Source: Mytilus californianus
Lineage: Eukaryota
Assembly (NCBI RefSeq): GCF_021869535.1
Contig: NW_026262690.1
Location: forward strand, 91,016,001-91,080,000
DNA: 64,000 bases
Direction: 5' to 3'
The translations under genes were made by a program, and so were the position numbers. Within the stretch, counting starts at the first letter, position 1; each line of letters opens with the position of its first letter. The notes under the pieces are model-generated. The model ran no database searches. It was not told where the DNA came from and saw nothing but the letters and a program-made list of their open reading frames with translations. This document shows, one piece after another, positions 27,601 through 41,800 of this stretch.

Positions 27601-29789
27601 TAAATGATATTTTCAAGGGAGATAATTTATTATAAGTCTCAAGGTTCAAATCAATGAAAAAAAGAAACTTCCTAAAAAAGAAACAGGGTTTATCACTTTA
27701 ACCTTTCTGAACAATCAACAACCATTATAACAAGGCCATAAATCTACATGGCTAAAACTATCACATTTGGACAGTCAACAAATTAGAAATGTACTTGTTA
27801 TGTATCAATTAGGAGCCAAACCTGTATATACATGGAAGAGAAATATGTTGCCTTTATGAACAGGTGCCCTTTATACAAAGGTTTTTTTTTCAAGCTTTGT
27901 ACATGTATGTTTACAGTAACTTTATTGACAGGTGTTTGCATGTTTATTTGTTGCTTAAAAGTATGGTAATAAAGAAATGAGAAATTTAAAAAAAGACTAT
28001 ATGAATATTTTGCCTTTGCAGTATGTTGGAGAGACGATTAGACAGTATTTTGAGAGAAGAAGACCTTATGCAGCCATTACAACTGCCACCTCCACAAATC
28101 TACAGGTAACTGTTATACTGTCGATTCATTGATTTTCATTAATTGAAGAAGAAAAATCATATTTTCCTGGTTTTGTATACAAGTTTATAGAAAATTTGTA
28201 CTCTATGAAAATTTTAATTTGTGGTTCACATGTACTCACAAAATCCACAAAAATTGGTATCCAACAAATAATAATGAATCTTCAAGAAGCATACAAAAAA
28301 TAGTTTTTGATAACTTCTCAAGATATGAATATTTACATTGAATCATATTTGTTTGGTATTTTCTCTTTTTCTTAGTAAAGTTTCTTTCTTTTATTGATTT
28401 AAAAAGAAATCTTACTCGCAAATAACTAAACTATTATCTGCTCTACTCTGTTTAAACAATAAATATGCTGTTGTGATCGGCAGGAAGTTGTAATAACCAG
28501 TTCTATTTCAATTCACCGTTTCAGAATCTTGTGCATTCTGGGTTATATTTTCAAAAGAGAACACCAAAAGGCTTTGATTGGCTTACAACGTCAAAAACAA
28601 TTGAAAGTCAACAATGACCTGACATTGTTTTTATTTTGGAGGACAAGCAATGAAATTACCCTGGTTCATAAAATTCTGAAACGGCGAATTGAACAGAAAT
28701 TACATGCAACAACATCTAACACACATTACTTTTCAGATTCGGTGAAAAAGATTCAGAATCCAATATTGTGATGGAAGATAAAGAGAAAAGACATAATCCA
28801 ACAGAAAGTCCATTAATCAAAGGTGGATTACTGCTGAAATTGATAGAACGGTTAACATACCATATGTATGCTGAACCTAAGTTTGTTCGGACATTCCTAA
28901 CTACATACAGATCATTCTGTTCTCCTCATGAACTCCTCGATCTTCTTGTTGAAAGGTCAGTCATTTAATATATATATGTGTCTTTGACTGTGTTTGTCTA
29001 AATTTTAAAGCTATTTTTTCAAGGATGAAACAACAAAAGTGTAAAAACTGAGACACTTTTTTTTATTACACATTACTAGACTTCATTTTAAGAACAAATG
29101 AATTGAATAAGTACTGTAAGTCATTGTGTTTAAGATTTTTTTATATCCAAAGTTTATTGTCTGTAAACATAACAATTATGCAACTATTGATTTTCTGACA
29201 CAAAATCAAACTCAAACAACTACATTTAGAAACAGTTGGAATATTTTTATTAGAATATGATTTTTAATGGCATTTTTTTCATCATTTGCTAAAGATTTAA
29301 AATTTCTTGAATTAACAACATATTTTTGGTCACTATTTAGGTTTAATATTCCTGAAAGCCATATTACTCAAACTGAGTCCAAAGATAATGAAGACGTGAA
29401 GATTCAGAGCAGAAACGACATGCTGAAAAGATTCCGAAAAGAATATGTTAAACCTGTTCAATTCAGGTAACGTGAAAATTTATTCCTGAACCTGCATTAT
29501 GAATTCATAGTTATAAGTTAGAGTAATAATCATAGTGAACAGTGTGGTACAATTGAACTTCAATTTTTAAGTGATGAACAGAATAGAAATTTCCTGGTAT
29601 GCAGAATTTGTTCAAACTATAAAAACCAGTATCCAAAGAACAATTATTGTTTCTTCATCTGCCTAAATTGGTACCAACAAAAATGAAGAAATCTACAGTA
29701 TGCATGAGAATTGTTGAAAGAAGACTAAGATTGAAAGTGTGTTAATAGGACTCAATTGGAGCTTTTAGAGATCTATGCACATGAGAAAC

Positions 29790-29820
<31 letters not shown>

Positions 29821-32800
29821 AAACAACAACAAAACAAAACAAAATAAAAATTCTATTCACTCGTGGCATTGATAAGAAAAATTTATTATTATTGAATTAA
29901 CAGGTTTGTCCTCCTAAAAAAACAGTAAAGATTCTTGTATCGATAAGAAAGAAATTAAGAAAAGGAAAATTGAAATGGAAGAGATCAGTTTATATAGGTT
30001 TTGATTTAAGAGTAAAAATGCAGTTTTCTTTCAATATTGAATAATACAAAATACTTTTGTCTATTTCATTAGAGATTGGTTTTAGATTGAAACATTGGTT
30101 TTAAATTGAAACATTGGTTTTACATTTTAGAGTTGTAAATGTATTACGACATTGGGTTGATCACCATTACTATGACTTTGAGCGTGATACTTCATTAATT
30201 CATAAACTGAAGGAGTTTCTTGGTAATGTGAAGGGAAAAGCCATGAAAAAGATGGCAGAATCAATAATTAAAGTCATTCACAGACGGGTAAGTAGTTAAT
30301 GTTTATCAAAATTGTATTTCTTGAAGACAGTTTCTTTTCCAATATGTTTTATTTTTATGACCATAATATTCAGTGTGAGAAGTAAAAATTATTTTTAGTA
30401 GAATTATTATTCATTTATTTCCAATATTTGGATATGAACATGTATATTCATTTGATACAAGTTTTCACATACTTCAATTTCATCAAGGTATAACATTGCT
30501 TTTTTTATATTTTCAATTTTTTTCAGTTTATAAATAAAATGAATTATAAAGCAAATGCAAATATATTATCAGACTTTAGGACAGCACTTAAAGACTTTTT
30601 AAGTATTTCCAGTAAGATAAACAGACTCTTGCATTACGAAAAAGAATAACTATTGATGAAAAAATGGTCTTTGTCAAGATTTTAAATCTACCTTGAAACT
30701 GGAAAAAGGTTCCATTTATCAAGGTTACATTCTATTTCAATCTGATAAAAATGCTGTTTACATGCTTTGCTTACAAGAATTTGACTTTGTCCGCTTTCTG
30801 TTTTAAAAACTTTCAAAATCCTCTAGTTTGACCGTAATGATATACATCTTCAAAAATTTGAGGGTTATAATTTCACTGGTTGGTGTTGTAATTACTAGAA
30901 TAGAAAGTAGAACAGAGTGTTGTCAGATTCATGTAAGGAAAGCATCCACATCGGGGTCCGTATTGTCAGTCTGATTTAATTTTGATGTTTTCTTTTTTTT
31001 CTCTTTTGTTAAGGCTGTTTCAACAAAGCATTTCTATTTTCAGTTTGAGAGTATGAGTACAGAAAGGGAGTTAACTCTTCAAAAACAGCCACCACCAGTG
31101 GAATGGCATATAACTAAAAAGAGAGAAGAGTTTCATTTAATGACGGTTTGTAACTTCTTAAACTGTGAACCTAAATACTACATGAAAATCTGTTCTATCA
31201 AACATTAGTTTCATGTTAAAAATTAACTTAATCTCCCATCTCTTTTTCAGCTTAGAATATTGGTAAAAAAAGGACTTTATTTTACCAAATGACATAAGGA
31301 AATCACAATTAAAATCCTTCTTATGAATTTATATTGTATGATAGACACTTCTAACATTTGTCTAAGCAATGATGATGATGGATGACTGTTTAATCAAGTG
31401 GCATGTTAAATGCATATTCTGGACGCTTAACATGAACATGTTAATATAATATGAATATAAACTCTGCTTTGTAAAAGACCAACACACTGAGCTGGATTTT
31501 TAACATGCTATTTTACAAGGTAACAGCACTCAGGAAGACATGTAACCCTACCAGGACACATTATTCTTACTCCAAACTGACCTGTCTTTTCTCTTGCTAT
31601 TTAATACAACTTGCATAGCGGAGAAGCAGCCAACACCAATTTTAAAGTCTTTGATTTGACCCTGCTGGGGGGAAACAATAAACCTTTTTATGCCCCAGTC
31701 ATAGGGGAGGGAGCATTAAGGTTTACCCTTGTCTGTCTGTATATCGGTTCCTATGTCCAGAATTTAGTTCTGTTCTCTAACTATAGTTTGCCTCAACCAA
31801 ATGTAATGAAACTTATACACATTGAGTCAGATCAAGTTCAAATTTGGTTGGTATCACTTTTACCGTTCTGAAGTTGTGCCACTTCATAAATGGAAAAAAT
31901 GCTGAATTTTTCATTTCCATTCTCTAACTTCAGATGACCTCAACAAAATCTTATGAAACTTATACACAATGCTTATTTCCACAAAACACAGATTAAATTC
32001 AAATTTTTGGGGGTCGTCACTTTTACAGTTTTCTAGTTATATCCCTTTATAACATTATATGTAAGCGAGGCATCATCTGTGTCCCATGTCTCCATTTATT
32101 TTTTAAAGATACATAAAAATTTCAGCCAAGTGAAAAAGGCAGCCTTGCAAACCGTCCATGCAATTTGCTTTATGATTTAATGTTCAATGGATAATACAAT
32201 CAATTACTGAAAATTCAGAAATGTTTGCAGATGATTTTATAATTGTGAAAATTACTACAGAAAAGGCATCAAAAAGATAATACCTCAAATTTTAAAATTT
32301 TGAAAGCATTATTTGTATACAGCATGTACTCAAATCCCATGAATAAATGTATGCAAAAATTTGTGAATTTACAGTATATAGACGAAAACTGTGCAACAAG
32401 AAGAAAATATACTGACTATATTCATGATATTTGTCAATACTAGGAAAAGACACAAGTTAAAAAATCATATCTTGTATTTTCAGCTTCATCCGATAGAAAT
32501 AGCTCGACAGATTACATTGTTAGAATTTGATTTGTACAGAGCTGTTCAGCCGTCAGAATTGGTAGGCTGTGCTTGGATGAAACAAACCAAACATAAAACT
32601 GCTCCTAATCTCCTAAAAATGATCAGCTTTACGAATAATGTAAGTAGTGTCCTTGTGAAAGGTACAGAAAAGCTTCATACTGATATCAAATTTGTGAGTT
32701 ACATATTACTATGGTAAGAAGTAAAGAGATCTGATCAATGAGATGGTCACCCATCAAAGATATAAGGCCACTGACATTGCAATAGTGAAGAACAGCATGT

Positions 32801-35800
32801 AGCATATTGCATACTCATCAAATTGAACAAACAATTCAGCAGAAACAAGGATGTTCGCTACTCTGTTTTAAAATAACAAGCTTTTTAAAAGACTGTTATA
32901 GATGGATAGTATATAAATAAAGGAATTTAAAAAGCAGAAAAAAATGAAGGGTCCGTGTGCTTGTTTTCGAGATATAAGCCATTAAAAATTTGGATGGAAA
33001 TAATTTTCTCTAGATTTTTCATACATTTAACATTGGCACCTTTTTTCTTTTAAAAAATACAAAAAAATAACAAGGATTTTATAGGATTTTCAAATATGGC
33101 TTTTTAAACTATATGTAATAAAATTATGAAAAGAAAAGTAGGGGTTAGCGGGGAAAATTTTGTAATGGCACTACATGGATAAAACCAAAGGATTCCGAAT
33201 ATCTGGCAAAAATTCAAAAGCAAGAGGAGCGAACATCCTTAACTGCCATTACTTCACCAATGTAATTAATTGAATTGCAAATTATGTTTCAGCATCAGCT
33301 TATGATTGAAAATGAGACTATAGTACAATTACGTTTAAAATTGTGTGTGAAATTACAGGGTGAATACTATGATATACTCAAGTTTTGAATGTACTATTAT
33401 TGTGCTTGTCAATTAAGATTGGATTTGAAAGCACCTTGCTGAACTGAGTTCAAACTCACTGTGTTACTCACAACATCAGTGTTGACAGGCTAGGGATTAC
33501 TGAAGCTGACTACTCGGCCACAGAGACTCAGATGTTCCTATGAAGCAAGGTGTAGTGAAGTGGTTGATTGAATGTTGATTGCTTTGATAATATCCAGTAT
33601 ATCAACAATAGTCTTACCATGCAAATTCAAATGACTGGCTTATTTGTTTCCTAGCAAATTTGTAAATATCAAACATAATATTATCAGATCCACTAGGAAA
33701 AATATCGAATTTATTTTATATTTCAGTTCACATTTTCTTTGGAGAAGTGTATTATTGAATCAGAAAATTTAGAAGAAAGAGTTGCTGTTGTACATAGAAT
33801 TATAGAAATTTTGTTAATATTTCAAGAACTGAACAATTTTAATGGTGTTCTAGAAGTGGTTAGTGCAATAAATTCTGCTCCAGTTTACAGACTGGAGAAA
33901 ACTTTTGAGGTTAGTGTGGTCATTATACTGTTAATCGTCGTCCATTTGTGTTATTTTAAAAGTATATGTTTTTGTTTATAGCAACTTCCAATGTATGATG
34001 GCAGATTTTCTAGTGAATTCAATGAAAAAAAACATTGTTTTCTTGCTTTTTTATCTGAATTGTACTAGAATTACAGCATCAAAACTTTACAAAGATAACA
34101 GAACAAATTGATTAATAAATTTGGAATCTAATTTCAGAAATTTTTTAAGGTATGTATAGTTGTTGCAATTTTGGAAAATGCTATCACAATTAAAAACATA
34201 ACTTTATTTATGCGAATTCAATATAATTTAAAAACGCAAAATTTCTGAATTTATACAAGCATGATATAAGCATGAGGATTATGTATAAAAAAAATTGCAA
34301 GACTGCAAATGTAGTTATTTCTTCGATCCTGTACTACCTTTTCATGATACTTGTATGATGTTGTTGTTATGTGTTTCTCCAAGATTTCAATAAGAGAAAG
34401 GTGCTTTTGATGTTGAAAAAACATTTTAATGCCATTTAAAAGGGCAATAACAATTGAAAAGAGCAGATTGAATGACATCAACAAAGTTGCACAATAACAA
34501 CTAAAAAGGTTTAAATACCTAAATTGAAATTGACCTTGAATATAGAAAACACTGCATGTGAACAATTTTGAAATGTGAAGAATGATGATTGATTGATTGA
34601 TTGTTGATGAACTACTTAAGACTACTTGTCCCTGAGGTTTAGAATGTGAAGTGCATAGAGAAATATAATCATACTGTGGATTCATTTATTTTTTTGGAAC
34701 CAATTTTCGTAGATTGACGAAAAGTATTATTTTCACGGATAATAGATTCAAATATCACGAAAATACAACTTAAAAAGGGTTTTACAGCAAATCTTCTCTT
34801 CAGTTCAAGTGGCCTTAAGGTCACGTGAGCTTTTGCCATCACTTTGGGTCCATCGTCATTGTCTGTCAGTCCTTGCAAACTTATTAAAAAATCTATTCCT
34901 TTGAACTACTGGATCAAATGTTACCAAACTTTATCCAAATGTTCTGAAGTATACCTAGTCTGGTGATTTGATCCATCAACAAACCTGGCTGTTGTTAATA
35001 AATATAGAACAATGGGGTAAAATTGACCAGCAGGTCAAGTTCTATCTCCTGCTAAATGTTTTGAAAAATCGGACAACCCATTTTACAATTATCACCCCTG
35101 ATTTTGTTTTCAGATTTCCTTGAACCTTTTGGTTAAATTTCATAGAGATCCATACACTTAAACTAAAGTTATTGTCCGGAAACCAAATGTCTTCGGAAAA
35201 ACACCAACTAGGACGACGACGTGATAGCAATATATGAACGCAAATTTTTTGCGGTCATATAAAAATTACAGGAGTTATTGCCCTTGAAAGATGGTTTTAA
35301 TCCATTTTTTTTCTTTTTTGAAGAAATCTTTGTAGATAGAGAAAAAAATTTAAAAATCAAAGATAACTACCACAATAAGATCTACAAATAAGTCAACATG
35401 GCTAAATTGTTAAAAAAAAAAACACCTGTTAGGAGTTGTTGCCCTTGAAAGATGATTTTTTTATTTTTTGGTTATTGTGCTGCTTTTGCTAAAACTGTAA
35501 TAGGTAGTGGTAATCAGTAAAAAAAAGCAAATTGTTTAGCACAATAAGGTCTATAAATCAGTCATCATGACCGAAACTGTCAAAAGTCTCCTTATAGAAG
35601 TTATTTCCTCTGAATGATTTTTATCCATTTTTTGGCAGTTTTGTCAAAAAATAGTGGAGTTGGAGAGAAACTTTAAAACATAAAAAAGATCTGCCTGTAA
35701 GTCAACATGGCCAAATTGTCACACTAGTAATAGGATTTAATTCCTTTAAACTGATTGAAATAAACAGGAAAAAATAAATATCAAAATAACTTGTTTTTTA

Positions 35801-38800
35801 CCAGTTTAGTTATTCAGGCTCCTAAGAGCCTCTTGTTTAAAAATTTACTTAGAGAGAGATCTCCAATTTAGAAGGTTTGAAAAGCAGTGATTTCAACATT
35901 TATGAAACAATTTTTGAAATGAAGAAAGTATTTCTTATCAATTTCGCCACTTAAATTTGTAAAAGTAAAAAAATCACTTGTACAAATTTTTACCTGGCAA
36001 CAAGTTTATGACCCCAAGCTTATCAACATTCACAACAGATGTCATAATTTGTTGTTACAGGTAATCACCTTATCCCATGGATCATTACTGATCATCAAAA
36101 TTTATTCATACAAATAGAATTGGTCAGTCAGCATTTGTCATTTCGAAAAAAAAAAATTTCATGCGACCACCTGATTTGCAACCTTTACTGTAGTTTTATG
36201 ATGAAAATGCCTTTATGAACGTATTTAAAGACATCGTTTTACTTGAATTCAGTTAAAAATGTTTAATCCAGACATATTTGTCTTTGCCTTTTAACTTTTG
36301 ATATAAAAATAACAAAACAGGTGGCCATTGATTGTATTGAGTTGTGGTGCAAAGTTAAGAGGGTCTTGGTAGGGGTTTGGGAGGAGGCTTTGGTCATCAT
36401 TTTCTGTATTCTTTATTTTTATACAAATTTTCTCTTTTCTGTATACTTAAGCACCCATTAATCTCTCTTCTTCATTTTTTGGCCCATTTTTCTCTATTCC
36501 TTATTTTTTATTTTAAAGCATATTCTCTATTCTATCGCATATACAGACCATAAGTTAATTATAAGGACAGAAACATTGACTAATAGATTCATTATATTAG
36601 TCCTATTTAGTCCTTGTTTTGAGACGTAAAAATAAAAAAAAATAAAAAAACAATATGTAGCTTTCGAAGAAAAACAGCTGTTTTGTTTTAAAATTCATTG
36701 TAAATTTTTATTTGTATAGTATATATAAATAAGAAAATGAAAGTACACGTTTTTTTCATGTATTTAACCCTAAACAGTAACTGCCCTATTCCTATGATGT
36801 TAAGCTGTTACCCAAGAAAGGTAGTATCTTATCACTCAAAAGTGACTTAAGCCCTCAAAATCCTAGCTTAAACCCTGAAAATTTGACACTGAGACATAAT
36901 GTTTTGGAAAATAATGTTTTGGAAAATAATGTTTTGGTTGAATCACACATGAAAATGGCTGTGATGTCTAAAAAATATATAAATGGTAAAGTGTTGATTA
37001 TGGTTTATATTACAGGCAGTTCCTAATAGGTTGATGAATGCTTTTGAAGAAGCTAGACAACTGAATTCGGATCATGGCAAAAAGTACATGGAAAAATTAA
37101 GATCCATAAATCCTCCTTGTGTTCCCTTTCTTGGTAAGTTGTCTTTTTTATGAGGATTAAAACCATCAGTAAGATTTTATAGTCTGGCTTTTGATATCCA
37201 CAGATGATTTCGTTCTGATTGTTAACCAATTTTTCATTGGTTTTCTGAATTTTTTTTCATTACAGTTTCTTGATTATACCATATGATTTCCTCAGGTACA
37301 GCCATTTCTGCTTTTAATAAGAGCAAAATCATTTCTGAATATCTAGGTGTTAGAATAGAACAATATTCAAAGATGCCATTATGAATAAATACATTACTGC
37401 TTAATCTGTTTGTCAACTGAAGCAAATATTTGATATGATATTTTGTGGACTATTAAGTATACTTCACATAGCTTTCTATTCAACTTTAGGCCAAAAATAA
37501 AATTTAAAATTGTTTGATGTTGCCTTCCTACCCAACTCAATTGGTAACAAGCAGAATACCCTAAAAAATTTATGACACAAATTGTCTCAAATTTAAAAAA
37601 AAAAAGATTTTTCCTTCTCTAACGTTGTTTTCTTGTCTAAAACATGTAACTTATGCTGTTGCAAAAAAAAAAAAAAAATCCCTTCCTACCTACCCAACTT
37701 TACAAGGCATGGGTAGACAACATCAAACAAAGAGTTTCTTCAGGGTGGCCTTAACTGTTCATTATGTAAAACAAATGTGAAATTGATATTTGTAGGTATG
37801 TATCTGACAAATATTTTGAAGATTGAGGAAGGAAATTTAGATTTTTTACCCAATCGTCCTCCTGGGTTAATCAATTTCAGTAAGCGACGGAAAGTAGCAG
37901 AAATCACAGGAGAAATTCAACAGTATCAAAATCAACCATATTGTTTGAGTATTCAGCAAGATATAAGGGTAAGTTCACTGATAACAAGCCAATCTAAAAG
38001 TTTTTGAGGGTAGTAATGATCTTTACCGTCAGGCGTAAAACGGTCATTTTGGGCTACCGTTAGCATCAAATTGGTTAAAATTTTATCGTGATTCGTCAAA
38101 ATATCCTTATCGTGATTCGTCAGTGGTCTAAAATAATTATCAGGGGTGTGGAAATGCAATGCCTGACTCGCCTGACTCGTACATTTGACAGACCGGACAA
38201 GCAGTTTTTTGTGTCATTGTTGCCCGTGGACTAGTAAAAAAATGTTGCTTGATAAAGGACAAATAGTATTCAAAAATAAAGTGAATAGAGGATTTTAAGG
38301 GAAAAGGGTGGGTTGGTGCAAAAAACAATCCAACAATTCATCAATTATTTTGTCCTAATGAAAATGTACATTTTATCGTCATACACCTAAAATTGCCGTT
38401 AACGTCATTTGGCAAGATTTTTTACAGTTATTCATCATGAAGGTACCCCCATTACGACCCTCTTTTTTGTTATGAATCATATTATTACCGCCTTAGTGGT
38501 CTTGTGTTCGCCTTGAGTGCAGGAGGTCGTGGGTTGGAACCCCGGCTGGGTCAAATCAAACACTTTTTAATTGGCATTTGCTGCTTCTCTGTTAAGCATC
38601 CTGCATTAAGGGGTAAGAGCAAAGACTGATTGGCTGGGAGTGTTAAAAATCCAGCTCAGCATGTTGGTCTTTTACAAACAGGGTTAATATTCATATTACA
38701 TTTATCTGTTCTTGTCCTGAATATGCATTTAATTTGCGACTGGATGTTAAACACCATCCATCGTCATCATATCATATTAATTACAGAAGATGTCCTGATT

Positions 38801-41800
38801 TTATACATCATGTCTTATTGATTCCGGAATATCCAAATTATAAACAATATCATTGGTCAAAGAATTTTGAGCAAAAAAAAGAATTGACTTAGATCCATAA
38901 GAAAATTGTAATGACTTGTTCCAAAAGTTTTGTGATGTAGAGATCTGAATTTTGATTGACGCAAAAGACTTTCAGTAAAAATAATTAGTGAACCTGAATC
39001 GTTATGATTTTCTGTCAAATAGTATGAAAATAAACAGAATGTTATGAAACAGGACCAATATAATTGTGTATTTATGATAAATATTGAGTAAGAAATGATA
39101 ATTTTGTCTGAATACATTTTATATTTTTCCTAAGATTGTTATGGTTTTCAGACTAATCATCACCCATCAAATTAAAAGTGAATGTTTTCTGATCCCACCC
39201 AATAAATTCTAGAACAGATCTGATATGTAACCACATTTTCCAAATTTTCACAATATAATGTGCATTATTTAATATTTGCAGGAATATCTTGAGAGTTTAA
39301 ATCCCCGTGAGGAATTGTCAGAGAAAGAATTTAATGATTACTTATATGAGAAATCGTTAGAGATAGAACCAAGGAACTGTACAAGGCCTCCAAAATTTGT
39401 ATGTATATTAATACACAGTTGAAAGCAAAGTCATTTTGGAATTACATATATAATGAAAAAAAAATTCTCCAGCTGATATCATGATTACATTCTTGATGTG
39501 ATACATTCACAAAAATAATGTAGATGTGAGCTTCATATGCACTAAATTAATATTTTCTATATTGATTGTTTAAAAAATGGCAACCACTTTGTTGATATTA
39601 CTCTTATATTTTACCTATGAAAGTTGGGGTTAACCGTTAGCTTAAATTGCTGCATAACTCAAGAACATTCTTTTTCATAAGAGAAATACATGGAAATACA
39701 TGTATATACCTGTAGTAATACAAATGAGATGAGATTTTACAAACACTCTTATTCTTAAATAGATTCTTTTTTTGAACAATGTACCTCCGTTGCAATGCTC
39801 ACCTCAAGAACTGGATGTTGTGGATCCATGGCTGGGTCAAACTCAATACTTAAAATTAGTATTTGCTGCTTTTTTGCTAAGCACAGGGCATTAAAGAGTA
39901 AGAGTGAAGACCAGCTTGTCACAAAATAATGTGTCAGGGTATAATGACTTGTCTTCCTGTGGACTATTACCTTTGAACTAGGATGTCAAAAATTTCAGCT
40001 CAGCCTGTCAGTCTATTACAAAGCAGGCTTCATATTCATATGACATAAACATGTTCTCATTTTGAATATATATGCATTTAACTTGCCACTGGATGTTAAA
40101 TAGCCATCAATCATCATCTTTTCAAACATTTTATACAAAATACATAAATTTATGTTAACCTTTTGAAAATCTGTTTCAGGCAAGAAAAACAGACTATCCA
40201 TTGAAGTCACCAGGAATCAGACCCATTACAGCAAAACATTTAACACAGAAACATGCATCATTTCCATTTAACGCAACATTTGGTTCAATGAGAGAAGATG
40301 CGACTGATGTAGAAGCATCCTCTCCGCATAACACAACACCATCAACCCCTACCACACCTCTGTCACCGCCACACAATGGAGACAGTGTGTTCTTACCAGT
40401 CACAATCGGCCAAGGCATAGGTAATGTTGTTGCCGAGGAGGCAGATATTATAAATTATTTAAGGTCCCTATCATAAGGGTTTCTAACACATCACTACATA
40501 TAGGTGCGTTCGACTCCTAATCTTAATTAACTAGGATTTTCAGTTTTCATACCGAAGGTCAGTGCTTCTCTCCAGGCACTCCAGCTTCCTCTGCCAATGA
40601 AAACTAAACACTACGAAATAGCACAATTGTGCTGAAAGTGCCGTTAAACACCAATCAATCAATCAGTCAATCTTACCACTAAGTTACCAGTCACAATTGG
40701 ATAAGGCAAAGGTAATGGTATTGCCAAGAGGCAGATCTGTTTAATCTCTATGTAACAGATCCCTCTAATACTGTGGATTCATTTATTTTCGTGGATTCCA
40801 ATTTTCGTGTTTTGTGGAAAACTTGAATATTCGTGGATATTTAATTTCGTGGCTTTGGGAAAGTCTGCATGCATTCCTTTAGAAAATTGGTAATTCGTTG
40901 ACCATTTAAATTTGTGGTTCACCTGTACCCACGAAATCCACGAAAATTGGTATCCAACGAATAATAATGAATCCACAGTACCTCCACGCAATAAAGACAA
41001 GTGTGTTCTACCTTTTCATTATCCATAAGGGCATATGTTATGTTGTTGCTCAGGCATATGTTATGTTGTTTCTCAGGCATATGTTATGTTGTTGCTCTGG
41101 CATATGTTATGTTGTTGCCAGAAAAGCAATGTGTTCTACAATTCACAACTTGCTAAAGAGGCATATTTAAGAAATCATATATAGTCACTTTCATAATGCA
41201 CTTTTACCACCCCTTAACAATTGAGAGGGCATGTAGTAACTATCTGCCAAGGCTTAGGTAAATTGTACCTTTTTCACCTCTACATGATGTGGTCAGTTTA
41301 TTTATACAATTCCTTTCTTTCGTTGGACGAGTGGTCTAATTAGTCGAACTACTGTATCACTAGCCTGTCAACACTGAGGTTGTGAGTTCGAATCCTGCAC
41401 GGGGCCTGTGCACTTGACTCCAATCTTTAATTGACTAGGATAAAAGTAGGATTGTCACTACCGCAGGTCGGTGTTTCACTCTGGGCACTCCTGCTTCCTC
41501 CACCAATAAAAACTGACTGCCACAAAATAGCATAATAGTGTTGAAAGTGGTGTAAAACACCAATCAATCAATCTTTCAGATTTTCTCGTATCTTGTATGT
41601 TAATATGAATATAATTTTTGTAATAAAATGGATACCAAGAAAGTCAGTCAAAATTGATAACTTTATGTATTTGAATATTTTTAGTAATGAGACAAAAAAT
41701 ACTGATATAAAAGATTGTTGCCATGTGATTAATTAGATTAGTTTAATTTTCTGCATAATTATGAAAACCTGATGTCCTGTTAGACAAATAAATATATAGC

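Noticed and set aside
29791-29835. Long poly-C run followed by poly-A (also G-runs at about 9390-9480)
   Set aside because: Simple homopolymers of uncertain assembled length; no functional support.
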